DNA from: Phyllosticta citribraziliensis
Lineage: Eukaryota
Reading direction: 5' to 3'
Length of the DNA: 64,000 nucleotides
NCBI RefSeq assembly: GCF_038025025.1
Contig: NW_027117338.1
Location: 1,240,001 to 1,304,000 of the forward strand
The notes under the pieces are model-generated. The model did no database searches. It worked only from the letters and a program-made list of their open reading frames with translations, and was not told the origin of the DNA. The translations under genes were made by a program, and so were the position numbers. This document shows positions 11,401 through 23,600 of this stretch, piece by piece. Position 1 is the stretch's first letter. Every line of letters starts with the position of its first letter.

Positions 11401-14400
11401 CGGCGGCGGTTCAAGCGCTACGAAGTAATGCCTGATACGACATCTCCCTCCACCCTATCACTCGAGACGAGAATACCGACTCAAAGACCGACTCGTTATT
11501 TACAAGAGAGCAAAGGTTTGTTTTGTTGTGTTTCTTGGAGAACGAATGTCTCAATCAGTCAGACTCAACGAAAGGAAACCATGGCACAATCTAGCCTCTG
11601 TCTGAAAACGTCAGCCGCAGAACATGCAGCACCGTCATCCATGTACCTCATCTCCTCTCTATCGACCTACTGTGCCCTCTATCACAGACGACGTCGCCTG
11701 CCCCCCTACTTGCGCTATTTCCACGTCTCACTCCCTGTCCCTCACCTACCCTGCCCTGCGCAGACTGGCATCAAGAAACATATCAAAACAGTCGCAGTCG
11801 TCATCCTCCTGAAACAAAAAAGTTTAAGACTTTTATTCCCACCAATGCCACACAGGACATTCGAAAATTTTCAAAATACCCCTCCTCTTTAGTAACGAGA
11901 GCCTCCCCCACCTCCGCAGAACACGCAAGTCGCCGACTGTTATTAGTAACCCCGCACCACCGCCATTCCCGCCGGGCTTTCATCTTGGCGATTTACCAAG
12001 GGCGACGTTTTTTGTCGATTGTCCAAATGCGCAGTCGGTCTGATGGGCGGATCTTGTGATCTGAGTTCGTGACGTGGAAAACGGGATGGAAAGGCAAAGC
12101 GACATTTTCGAAAAGACATGGATTGGACAGAGAGAACGGCAGGCAGAGCAGGCGTCTTCGACTATTGAGCAGCTCCATATTTTTGCGAACGACAGCGACG
12201 ACGAGTGATTCACCAGGTGACCAGAGCAGCTGGACTGCACGCACGCGTAAAGCTTCAATTGACCGACCTTGCCTGATTACCCAATTGCGTCCAGAATCAC
12301 GTCTGAGACCCCCCGTAAACATCCACCCCCGACTGGACAATTCTACCTTTGATTACCGCGTCTCATGACTACATCTTCGCCCGGCGAGGCGCAGTGTCGG
12401 ACAGCCGAGAAGAAAAAGAGAGTGGAATGGTAGATGAGGCGGAGAGCTTGTCGGATCGACTCCGTTGCGGCTCGTCTGCTGTGCCATCGGCTTCGGGCGT
12501 CTTTCTCTGACTTCAGGCATATAAGTTTGATGTACCAATCGGGTAACGAGTGCGACATATGTGCTTGTTTCGACTTGCTGCTTGCTTTGGCTCCTTCTCC
12601 CTCTTCTACATTTCTTTCAGCGGGCTCACTTGACCGTTTTTGACTCTTCATGATCTCCACGATGGTTGAAAGGAACCGACAATTCGTGCGGGGTAGACTC
12701 GGTGAGGGCGAAAGTGGTATGGAAGCAGGTGGAGAGTATCAAGGCCGAGAAGGTCGGATGATTGGCCGGCTCGTTCATCCGGTGTGTATCCACGTTTGCT
12801 CGCCGACTCCTGAAGTTCAGCGATGAGCAAACGGGCCGAGGCAGCGTGTGCATGTGTGCGTGCCTTTGGCAACCTCCATCCAGCCTCAATCGTCTCTGCG
12901 CTCCATTATGTCTGTATGCACGCCTGTTTTGGTTAGTTGAAAGCGCGTATGATAATACCCGAGAGAAACTTCATTCGTGAGGACTACGAGAACTCCGCAC
13001 TTCGTTCGCAACGGTTTCCCTTTTCTCTTCCGCGGACGTTTTTCGGCCTCCGCTGTTGCAATGGCGTACAGAGTACGACGTGGAGAAAATGCGTTGTAGG
13101 GTGACATCTAGAAGAAGAGTAAAGCATGAGCTAGAATAGAAAAATATGAAGTAATAGCAACTAATGTGGCGTATTCTTCTAGCTTACCATCTTGCCAATT
13201 ACTTTGGCTTTCCAACTAGAAGGACAACATAGTGTCGAACATATTAGGAAGGCCCGCTTGCTGGTATGCTCACAAGAAGATAGTCGTGTGTTCGCCCAAT
13301 CGTTAAGGACTTACTTTGTTGGGTGTCTTCAGGCGGGTGTTTCGAAGTGTTGCACGTTGCTGTCACAGCGAAACGTTCAAAAGTTCGCGTGCCGCGCGCC
13401 ATGGTCGTCGACGGAGGGCTTCCAGGCACGACTTTCCCCGACCAGCTTGGCAACGGGAAACAAGACATCTCGGAGCCGTCCGCCTTGTCTTGACGACAAC
13501 CGGGTCACACATTCCCAATGTCGACCTACTCAAATGTCAGTACAGAGCTGGCTGATAGACGCAGAAGAAAATCGAGAGTCGCCATCGCCGGTAGCTATGG
13601 CTCAGTCAACTACCACGCCGACGAGCCCGACAGACCGGATCGGCAGTAAGAAGCTTCAGCTTCGCCCCCAGCAACGGCAGGTTAGGCAGATAGGCAGACA
13701 AGTGCCCAAAGGACGGGAAACCACTCGCGCGGCCCTGGCGGGAAACCCCAACCCAAAGCCCCAATTACAACCTTAGCGCACAGCCCTGACGCGTAAGTTC
13801 AACTCTTAACGCAGCCGCAGTAGGGAACGTACGAAAAAATGACCGACCAAACGAAGGAAAATATGAACGACCAAACGTGTTGATGGGGAAGGTTGCAGTT
13901 TGACAGATGGAAATGTCAAGAAGAGCCGTTGCGCGGCTTTGGTTACGACGGGGGTGGCCGTCTTTGGCGGTCCGGAGCGGTGCGGCGCAAGGAAAGAGCA
14001 TCCGTCGTCCACAACTAATCTGCGGGAAGGGCGTACATAGTCTCGAGACGTGAGCACCTCTACCTCGTGACGCTCCGCTTTAAGACACGGAGGTCCTTGA
14101 AGGGGCGGGCAAAGTTTTCGGGTCGTACATCTCGCACTTGACGGCAGTTGTTTGGTTCGTCCTGAGCTGTCCTGCCCTACCCTACTGGCCTTGTGTATTC
14201 ACCCACTCACCCGGTGCATGTTGTTGTCGATATCGAATTCCCGTTGTCATGTTCGGGACAAGACGGCATTTGCGTCGTCGCATTAGAGGCTGCAGAACAG
14301 AGTACATGATTAACTCTGGATCAAGCTCTTCCGCCGTCGAACCTATTAGATTGTTGTCTTTTCCTCGGCATTTGCACCCAAGGCAGGCGGAGCGACGTTG

Positions 14401-16958
14401 TCCGACGAGTACAGTGCCCACGTGGTTCGTCACGAGGAGCCGATGAGCTTGTTTGCAGTTTGTCTGGTTGGGATCGGAGGTAGTCATGGTGGTGGTGTTG
14501 CCGAGTAAGGAGGATTGAGTTAATTGTTCGCAGCCGACCCGATCCGGCCTTTGGTGATGGCAGTATCCCCGTCAGGTACAGTGTAACGACCAAGGTGCAG
14601 TGGGCCGTTGGCTTGTTCCCTGTTGCTCTTGGTTCTTCGTCGCGTATCATCCAGACCCCTGTCGGAACAGGAGCCAACCCTGCTGCGTTCCCGTTGATCA
14701 TGGAGCCGCCCGTACATGCCATGGACCCGAGTCCCAACCTGTCGTCTTTGGCCCCGGCCAATCCGAGAGAAACCGCCATTATGTGACGAGCAGTCGAAAG
14801 AAGCATTCGTAACACGAGATGATCTGGCCTGCATCCACGAGTTCAGCCAACCGGTCGGGTAAACCGCATTCGCATGCGACTGTGGCTAATATCTCATGCT
14901 CGTGCTCGAATGAGTCGGCCGGGTCAGTGCGGGACCACACGATCAATGTCTGTTGACGCGTCAGCGCAAGGCTGTTGCTACGTTGATTGCTGACCCCCGG
15001 GGTTTAATAGAATGGAAAGGGTAATTGTGAGCGGTTTGTCGTTCGCTGGCCTTCTCCTCTTTTTCTCTTTTTACGCCTGGAATGTCGCCTTGTTCGCAGG
15101 CGCTAGCTAGTCAGATAAGCTTATTTGGGGAGCTCAGGCATCCATCAGGCCGCCCAGCCTGGAACAGGGGCATGCACAACAAAAGAGGTGACTGGGAACA
15201 AGGAGAACCAAGTATGCCTGACTGGGAGGTGGTAGGCGGTTGTGCGCAGGAACAGTAGAAGAGGCGGCGCCAGACGCAGGCAGTGACAGGGAAACGCCAG
15301 CCAGGAAACAGTGGATGTTGTTGTCGAAGTGGAGCTGTGGAGGTGTTTGTGCCCTGTGCGCCGGACGGCTGTATGCCAAAAAGGTACCAGTTCCATATCC
15401 TTCCCGGCCACTCTATTTGTCGTCGTGGGATGCTTGCTCAAGTTTGATGAGCAGAGTGACGTAACGACGGCGACGAAAGCTTCTTGTCGACCCAAGAAGA
15501 AAACAACTGAAGTTTGGTTTTTGAGGCTGGGGCCACCACAAGTCTTCGCATATATTGCGTCAGTGCGCGCGCAAAGCCTCGTCGATATTTTTGGCTTTTG
15601 ACGTGCTTTGTATCTGTTGCTACTTTGGGGGAGCGATTCTGTGGCGCTCGAGATCCGGTTGCCAATGTGCAGATCCTCCTTTCGCTTCCAACTTGGCTGG
15701 CCTTCGACGAGGCACGTCAGACGATCGTATCTTTGAGTTCAAGTTGCACCAGGTGAGCCGTAGCCTTCAATCGTTTGCGCGCCCATGCTTGCTGTCTTGA
15801 ACCAAGTTGACGCTTGACTTGCCGCCATTGCTCACTGACTGTGTCCTGCCGAGTGCCGTCTGGATAAATTTTGCGAATGCCTGGTTACAAAGCCCTTTGT
15901 AAGGTGCCAACAGGCCGGCAGTGTCGAAGGACGCGAGAGCCTTGAAGCTTTGCTTGTGTCGAAACCGCCGCGCTGGGACGTAGGCCACGCGGACACGAGT
16001 ACGATGGCATGTCGACAGCAGCTTCCAGCTGTACGCCTTAATGTTGGATGTTGTCGTGGGAATGTGATATTGGTGTGTAGAAACCCACAGAGATTGTAGT
16101 GATTGCCATTGTGGAGCGGAGTGATGACTCTAGAAAGCTCGAATTAAAAGGATGCTCATTCTACCAACGTCAGCTCATTACAACGGATTCTTGTCCTCCC
16201 GCATATCAAATTACAGCAACTTTATCAACTGCGCACTGCCTCCGACTCATGAGAAGTGTACCCACATTTTATCTGCAAATCGCGAGATTTTGTAGACTCT
16301 AGCGCAAAAAAAGGCCATGGTAAGCAGAAAAAAGAACAGTATGAGATAGAGGATATGAAGCGTTGCAAAACGGCAATTAGGAGAAGAAGACTCGTTCAAA
16401 ACTGACTATCCTGGGTATAGTGCTGATTCATAAAAAGTGCGGACGAAGCGAAGGCGCATACAGTGCTCAAAAAGCACAGTACAGGTCCGCGGTAAATGGG
16501 GTATAGTGAAAATCAAACCATGACGCTCGGCAGCCAATCGAGGGTATCAAGACCGAATCAAATGAACGGCGGAGACCAGTGAAGAAGCGCAGATAAGCGA
16601 CTGAAAGGACCTGCACCTAGGTCTCCATTCTTCCTCTCGTCATCCGTCTCATCCTGCTCGTCGTAGACAAGCCCCAACTTTCCAGAAAGCAGGAACAAGC
16701 TTTTAATGTGCGTCGGCACAAAAAGATCCCACGCCCCAGAAAAGGAACCGAGTTTTCTGATACCAATTCCCAATCTTTTGATGTGTCACCCTGCTTCGGA
16801 GTATCCCTGGAACGTCTGATTCGCGTTCCAAAACGAGCCAGATCAAAGCGGCCTGTAGACTCTCTATCCGTAGTCATGGCTTTGGGTGTGTTTTCGAGTT
16901 TATGCTGAACGTGTTCCTTATGTACTGTCAGATCCGCATGATAAATTAGAAGGACTGA

Positions 16959-18632
16959 TCAAAGCGGGCCCGGTGGTGGTGGAGGGCCACGCGGACCAGG
17001 ATGTGGTTGAGGAGGCCAGCTCCTTTCGGCGCGCTCGGGCGCTTGAGGCGGAGGGTAGAGGGCTTGAGAAGGAGCAGCGTGCTGGAGCTGTGGAGGAACT
17101 GCGCCTGGTGGCAAGGGGCGACTCGATGGGTGCAGCTGGGGCACCATTTGTGGCGCAGCCAAAGGAGCGAACGAGGCTTGAGGGTAGCCCATTGGAGGTT
17201 GTGCTGGAGGGCCGGGAGCGGCGTGCTGCGGTGGAAGGTAGGAACTGGTTCGCCTCCGAACGTTGCGCTCAGATTCTGCGACGGGTTGATCGCCGCGTTG
17301 CTCGGTAGGCGGGTAAGACGAGTATGCCATGCTGGGCGTACTCCCGGCTGAAGTGCTCCCATGGCCTGACGAGCCACCCCCGGTGCTTCCTTGTGTCTGC
17401 ATGGACATTCTGCGCAATCGGGGCGACGGCGGACGTGGAAAGTGGCGGTCACCACCGGGAGCTTGATACACTAGCTGTGCTAGGTAGTCCCTCTCACGTC
17501 TGTAAAATTCGACGTCCTCGTTTGCTTCCCTCACTTGTTGTTCCAAGCGCGCAATTGTAGTTGATGCTTCCTTTTCCTTCTCTTTCCTCCTCGCCCGAAA
17601 CCTCGCCGAGGCACCGGCGTTGCGCTTCCGTTTCTCGTCAGCCACCTTTGATGCAGCCTGGACGTCGACCGGTATCTGGACGTGGCCTTGGTTCGTCTCC
17701 AAGGTCAAAAGCTGGTAGTTGCTCTGTCCAGTGGAAGCGACTGGAATGCCGTACGACCGTTCTGAATCCTGCGTCGAAGGGGACTGCGCTTGAGCGCTCG
17801 AAGGCGCTGAAGGAAAGGGTACATGAGAGGGTCGTCCAACTTCCCCAAAGGGAGAGCCTTGGCCAGCTTGTGGATGCATTCCGCCTGGGCTGGCAGTAGC
17901 AGATGGCGGCTGTTGGGGCTGCGGTATCCCAGCGCTCGTCCTTCGAGAATGCGATTGGGGAATCGGGGGAGTGGGAATGGCCGAAGGCGGGGGGAAATTG
18001 AACCCCGTACGCTGAATTGCAGGTGGTGTCGGCAGCGGAGGTTGTGTCGACGTCGGCGCGTCTATTCTGTACTCTTGTGCGCTTGGTGATAGAAACGGAG
18101 TTGCCTGCGCATTAATTGTTCCAGTAGGAGGCCGAATCATTCCCAGGCTTTGAGTACGGTACAAAGGAGACCGCGGACTGAGGATGCGCCTCTGTTGGCC
18201 CACAGCAGCCGCCGCAGATGGTGTGCGACGGCTGTCAATACCCCCCTGACCTCCTTGTTGGCTGAAATAGTCGGTCGAACTCGCTGCAGCCCGCTCAATC
18301 GGAGATGGGGACTCCATTTGAGAGGCAGACCGTAGGTGACCGCGAGGAGCTCCACTCTCTTGGGAAGGATTCAAGATGGAGTGAACGCCCAGCGACCTTG
18401 GAGTCCGTCCTTCTGAACGAGGAGGCGTAGGCTCTGAGGGAGGCAGAATTGGCGGAAGAGCAGGGCCACGAGCGTCGGGCACATCAAACAAGCTGCCACC
18501 AGACGCGCTCGATGTTGCCAAGGCGGGGCGAGTTGGAGTTGGGCGCGCGGGCGCCGTGGCGTATCGACTTGAATTGGCATCGTGAAGTCGGCTGGACGAA
18601 GGACCTGACCCGGTGCCATGCTGCTGTGACAT
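16959..18632 (-). CDS. bZIP transcription factor (Zip1-like fungal bZIP)
   Basis: IPVDVQAASKVADEKRKRNAGASARFRARRKEKE basic region followed by a heptad zipper (IARLEQQVREANEDVEFYRRERDYL), with Pro/Ser-rich flanks. The first in-frame ATG is at 18632. Confidence 0.9.
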   Translation of the reverse strand: MSQQHGTGSGPSSSRLHDANSSRYATAPARPTPTRPALATSSASGGSLFDVPDARGPALPPILPPSEPTPPRSEGRTPRSLGVHSILNPSQESGAPRGHLRSASQMESPSPIERAAASSTDYFSQQGGQGGIDSRRTPSAAAAVGQQRRILSPRSPLYRTQSLGMIRPPTGTINAQATPFLSPSAQEYRIDAPTSTQPPLPTPPAIQRTGFNFPPPSAIPTPPIPQSHSRRTSAGIPQPQQPPSATASPGGMHPQAGQGSPFGEVGRPSHVPFPSAPSSAQAQSPSTQDSERSYGIPVASTGQSNYQLLTLETNQGHVQIPVDVQAASKVADEKRKRNAGASARFRARRKEKEKEASTTIARLEQQVREANEDVEFYRRERDYLAQLVYQAPGGDRHFPRPPSPRLRRMSMQTQGSTGGGSSGHGSTSAGSTPSMAYSSYPPTEQRGDQPVAESERNVRRRTSSYLPPQHAAPGPPAQPPMGYPQASFAPLAAPQMVPQLHPSSRPLPPGAVPPQLQHAAPSQALYPPPQAPERAERSWPPQPHPGPRGPPPPPGPL

Positions 18633-18977
18633 CAGGTCCTTGTCGTCGGGGCGGTTGACGCCTCGATATCCCGACCATGAGGGGATCCCTCCGCGGCTAT
18701 CCAGCTGGCGTAAGTCGACGGGATCGTGATTGCGAGGTCGCGCGGGGGAGGAGTGGAGCCTGTCAAAAGATGGGGAGGGGGTGTTTGGGAAGTGGTGCCG
18801 GTAGGGACTGTGGTGATGGTGCGTGTAGTGAACGGCGAGGTCTGGAGCAGCCAGATTGACGGCGGCGGCGAGGTCGTACGTATGGCACGGCCTCGAGGAG
18901 AGGTGGTGGAGGAAAAAAAATAAAAAAAAATAAAAATGCGGCAGTGTCGAGTGACGATCGGATGGGAGGTAGGCAGC

Positions 18978-19028
18978 AGGTAGGTAGGTAGGTAGGTAGG
19001 TAGGTAGGTAGGTAGGTAGGTAGGTAGG
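18978..19028. repeat. (AGGT)n / (ACCT)n tetranucleotide microsatellite, about 12.75 units
   Basis: Perfect tandem repeat read directly, in the putative 5' leader of the bZIP gene. Confidence 0.97.
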
Positions 19029-22000
19029 CAATCAAAAGGGCAAGACCAAAAACAAGAGGGCAAAAGGGACGGGCTCGCGTCAAGGTTGAAGGGGACCCGT
19101 GACCGGCGAGGCAGATATAACGAGTTGCGGTGAGTTGGAAGAAATTGAATCACACCAATCCGCAGGAGATGCTCTCGGTCATCCCTGCTCGCGGGCTACG
19201 CTCGGAGGGGAAAGGCGCATTGTCTTTGCTTGGAGTCGGTCGAGAGAGCAGCTGGAGGTGGCCCTGGAGGATTGGCGGACATGGGCGGCGGGAGCCGTTC
19301 CCTGCGGGCAGCAACGAACGACATGGTTGATGGTGCGACTCTAGGACGCACGGCAACTGGGATCGAGTCAGCGGCAGCGGCAGGGGGGCGGGCGGTGGTC
19401 GACGTCGACGACACGCCTCGTGGCTCGCACAGATGCAGATGCAGGCGTTGGTTTTGGAGGGCGAAATTGGCAGCCGAGCAGCACGCTCAACGGGCTGGCT
19501 GGGGGCTTCGATTGGGGCTGGCTCTGGGCTGGCTCTGGGCTGGCCGCTGGGCGACGGCGAGCGGTGAAGAAGCAAGCGGTGGCAGGGAGAGGCCATGTCG
19601 CGCTGATCCGACGGAACAGAATGATGCGCAGCGGCCAGTTGACGGCGGCGACGTGTTTGGCGACGACTTGGTTGTCGTGATGGGAACCCCTGCCGCATTG
19701 CGTGGGCGGTCATGTGTTCGGAGGTGAAGGAGGGAGGGAGGGGAGGAGAGAGGAAGAGGAAGACGACGGGAAGGGCAGAGAAGAACGACGACGACCAGGG
19801 GCGCAGCACCTCGCAGCACAGAGGAACCGAGGGTGCGGGCCGACGCCTCTCACGTCAGGTCTCGCTTAGCTGATCAGCCTTGCCGACTCGTGCTCTGCCC
19901 GTCGTCCTTACACATCCATCCATCCACTTCACTTGTCGCAATCCAATCTCCAGCCCTACGACGACCACCGGCACTGGCACTGGCACCACTCCTCGCTCAT
20001 CACCTCATCACCCACCACCTCCCGTCACCTCGCCTCCCGTCACCTCGCCTCCCTCCGCTCGCTGCTCTGCTCGTCTCGTGCAACTCATCTGCGCCGACGC
20101 CGCCTTCCCTGCAATCAATTTGCGCCATCTCTGTACAGTAGCCAAGGTACAGTAGCTTGTCAACCGTCCGCCCATCTAGCCGGCGCCGCCGAGCCAGCCA
20201 CACAAGTCCCGCCCACTCCCGCCGCCGGACCCTTCCTTGGATCGCCTACCAGGCTCTGTTCAATCTCCAGGCAGGCCAGGTCAGGTCAGGTCAGGTCCTG
20301 CGGTGCTCGTCCAATACGCCCTAATCCACGCGCAGCCGCACGGGAACCAATGGCTGCTCCCTTGTAACAGCTGCCGATCCGCCCTGGCCACCAATCCGCC
20401 GCCTGAATTTCCCACAGCGCTCCCTCGACCATCAACAAAAATCCCACACCCTCCTCCAACCTCCGTCCAGGCCTCGTGCGCACTGCCCACCGAGTGCTCG
20501 TGGGTTGGGTAGCCCTTCACAAATCTTGTTGCTGCGACATGTCCCCGTCCCATCTGGCTGATTGAATCAGGCCTGCGAGAACAGGCCACCAGTTGACCAA
20601 TTTCATTGATGCAACTTACACTGTAAGTACCAAGCGCCACAATCTCTTGCCTTGGACCAAATGCCAAATCCGCAACTTCTGCCATGTTTCCCGACGGAGT
20701 GTCCCGCTCCGAGCACGAGATCGCTGGTCCGAAGCTGCTTAGCATTGTTTGTTTGCCATTACCGAGGCCCGTTCCCTGTTGATGATGCCATCTCTGCTTG
20801 GTCCTGATCCGGATACAATATGCGTGACCAACGGCTTTCTCGCGGACGCTGGGTTTCGCCGTCGGAGTCTGCCCTCCGTGACCAAGGCTTAGGTTTGCAT
20901 CTTTTCGTTCGGTCGACGAAGCTTTTCCCCAACGACCCTCCCCAAGGCAGAACTAGCTTTGCGCGCACGCTCTCCCAACTCGTTCACATTTCACCCTTGT
21001 CCAACCGGGAACCTCGTGTCCGTGTCCGGATCGCATGGTTCATCCCGCCAAAGCCTGTCGCGTTTGTATCCTGCCTCGCTGCCCTTCTTCCTTTCTAGAA
21101 CAACTCTATGGACTTTTGGGCCATTTAGGCCGGCCACTGCAAAAAGTCATTGTCAGCACCCGTGCCCGGGACGAGCGCCGGTCAACCCGTTGCACAGAGT
21201 TACCGATTCGGGACGTCCGGTCCAAGTCCTTCCTCTCTGCCGCATGCCAAAGCCCAGCCCAGCCCAGCCCAGCGTATATTGCCCGTTGCATTATTTGTCG
21301 GTCCCGTGCATGGCGGCCAGGAACCAGTCTTGTCCTTTACCCCTGAGCCCCGGGGCTTGCGACTCGACACAAAGTCCGGCTCTGATTGACGACCGTGAAA
21401 CCGCTGGGCCAATGCTGACGGGACCCGCCCGTCTGCCTTCCTTGGACCATTATGGCGTCGTCGTCGTCGTCGCCGTCGTCGCCGTCATTGTCTTCGGGTG
21501 GTGCCAAGTGTCGACGAACGCAACGCGGAGACGATCCAGACGCTCCGATGCCCGTCCAGGCAGCCTACTAACGCGGCCTGCGACCTCCGTCCAGGTGCAG
21601 CCGCTGTTGTGCAGGTGATCGAGCAACCCATTTTTTGCTCGTCCATGCCGTCGTGTCGTGTCGTGTCGTGTGCATCTGCCGGAGGCGCACCACGCTGCTG
21701 GTTCGCGCAGGTCAGCTGAGTTGAAGTTGATGTGCGTCAAGCCGGGCACGACGTGGCCTTCTGGCGTGGGGATTTCGTGGGGCCATGTGCTTGCTCTCAT
21801 GCAGGCAGCATGGCAGGCCATGCGAGTCGCCCTTTTTTCTTTTGGCTGCTAGTGCCTCTCGCCCAAGCATTCCAGCCAATGATGCCGGCGACATCTCGAC
21901 AGTGCAGCCAGCGGTGAGCTGGCGTGCGTTGCCGAGAGCTTTCGCATGTGCGTGACATTTCAAAAACAAACCACCCCCTCTCGCAGCGCAGCGCCCTCTG

Positions 22001-22454
22001 ATCCGATAGGTTGCCAATCCGACAACAACACCAGCCTCGCAGAAGAACAGGCTTGGTGCCAGAATTGGTGGCATGCACGCACGACATCGAGTCAGGGGGA
22101 GACGGGACGCATTCATTTATTTTGATGGGCTGAAGGAGCAATCAAGCATCTAAAAGGGATAGCAATGAGGACCATTTATGAGCCCCGACTTGGGAAAGCC
22201 AAGTTGGATGCGCCATGACTTTTGCGACCAAGCCTCGGAAGACATTCGACTAGGCCGATCTTCGTATAATGGTGCAGCTAGAGCTGCGGTCTGCTGCATG
22301 TTGTTTCAAGCGCCTGGGTCTCGTTTGCTTCTTGATGGCTGTTGTCGCCTCACTTGTACTGTGTCCTATCCTAGGTCGGCTACGACTCGAATGGCCCCAC
22401 TTGCCTGCTCCGCGGTCACCATGAGCTGTTTCGTCACTCATCAGACATGACTCC

Positions 22455-23600
22455 TCATGTGGAAACCTCGCCAGCCCATTTGAACCGATTCGGCCTCACT
22501 CCCTTTACTCCCACGTGGATCTTGAACAAGCTGCCATGCTGCTTTGTACTCTCGGGGAACTTGTCGGGCTCCTCGTCTGCGGCGCTTGTGATGTACAAGT
22601 CCTCGCCCGCAAACGCTGGACACGTAGGGCACCTTGTCGGCACCCGAATCTCCGCCACCAGCTTTCCTTGCGGCGAAATGCGCAGCACCTTGCCGATTCC
22701 ATGTATCGCGCACCACATGTAGCCATGCTCATCGAGTGCGTGTCCGTCGGGAACACCATTCTCGTCTTGGACCGTGAAGAATGGGCGTTTGTTGGATATG
22801 TTGCCAGTGGCAGCGTCAAAATCGTATGCCCAGATGGTCTTGGTCGGCGAATCGGCAAAGTACATGGTGCGGTTGTCCTTGGTCCAGCTGATGCCGTTTG
22901 GAATGTGTACGCCCTCAAGGACGCGGTGGAGCGTGCCGTCGGGGTCGAGACGGAAGAGGGTGCCGGTGGGCGTGGGTGCTTTTACCAGCGGGTCGTTCAT
23001 GGTGCCGACCCAGAAGCGGCCTTCAGAGTCGACAGCCCCGTCATTGCCGCGATACCTGCGCCGCAGGAGTGTCTCATGAGCCTGATCTGCTTCCAGATAA
23101 AGAAAGGGTGATGCTTACAGCTTCTCCTTGCCCGACGCGACTTCGTCATCGGTCCAGTATTTGTGGATGTACTTGTACGCTCCAGTCTCTCTGTGGAAGA
23201 AACCATAGCCGTGTTTGCCGCCAAAAACAAAGTGCTCGTCGTTGGCTTGAATGTCTGCGGTCGTGCTGTCGAGCCCGTCAGCCTGGCTGCCCGAGGGCCA
23301 CAGAGCGGGGCTCCGAGTACCCTATGGAGACGTCGAGCTCGGCGAGGATCTTGTGCGAAGAGGGGCCTTGGTCGAGTTGGACGACGTGCACGCGCTGTTT
23401 GATGATGTCGACGAAGCGCAGCGTGTTGGTGGACTGCTCCCAGTACGGGGCTTCGCCGAGGCCGCAGTCGAGCTTGACGTAGGGCTGCGGGAGGAGCCGC
23501 TGTCAGACTACCGTACTGGCGCTTGCAGGGGTCGTCGACTTTGGATGGCCATTTGGGGTGCACGCACCTCGTCAATCGTGTACACTTGAATGTCAGTCAT
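22455..23600 (-). CDS. SMP-30/gluconolactonase/regucalcin-family beta-propeller enzyme
   Basis: LGEAPYW, RGNDGAVDSEGRFWVGTM, IPNGISW..DNRTMYFADS, VPDGHALDEHGYMW and PTCPAFAG..LYITSA motifs. Four exons; first intron 23485-23567, with two more near 23.3 and 23.1 kb. Confidence 0.92.

Noticed and set aside
19800..22400. Many overlapping 60-220 aa ORFs upstream of the bZIP gene
   Set aside because: GC-rich, simple-repeat-laden regulatory DNA with no domains or codon bias.
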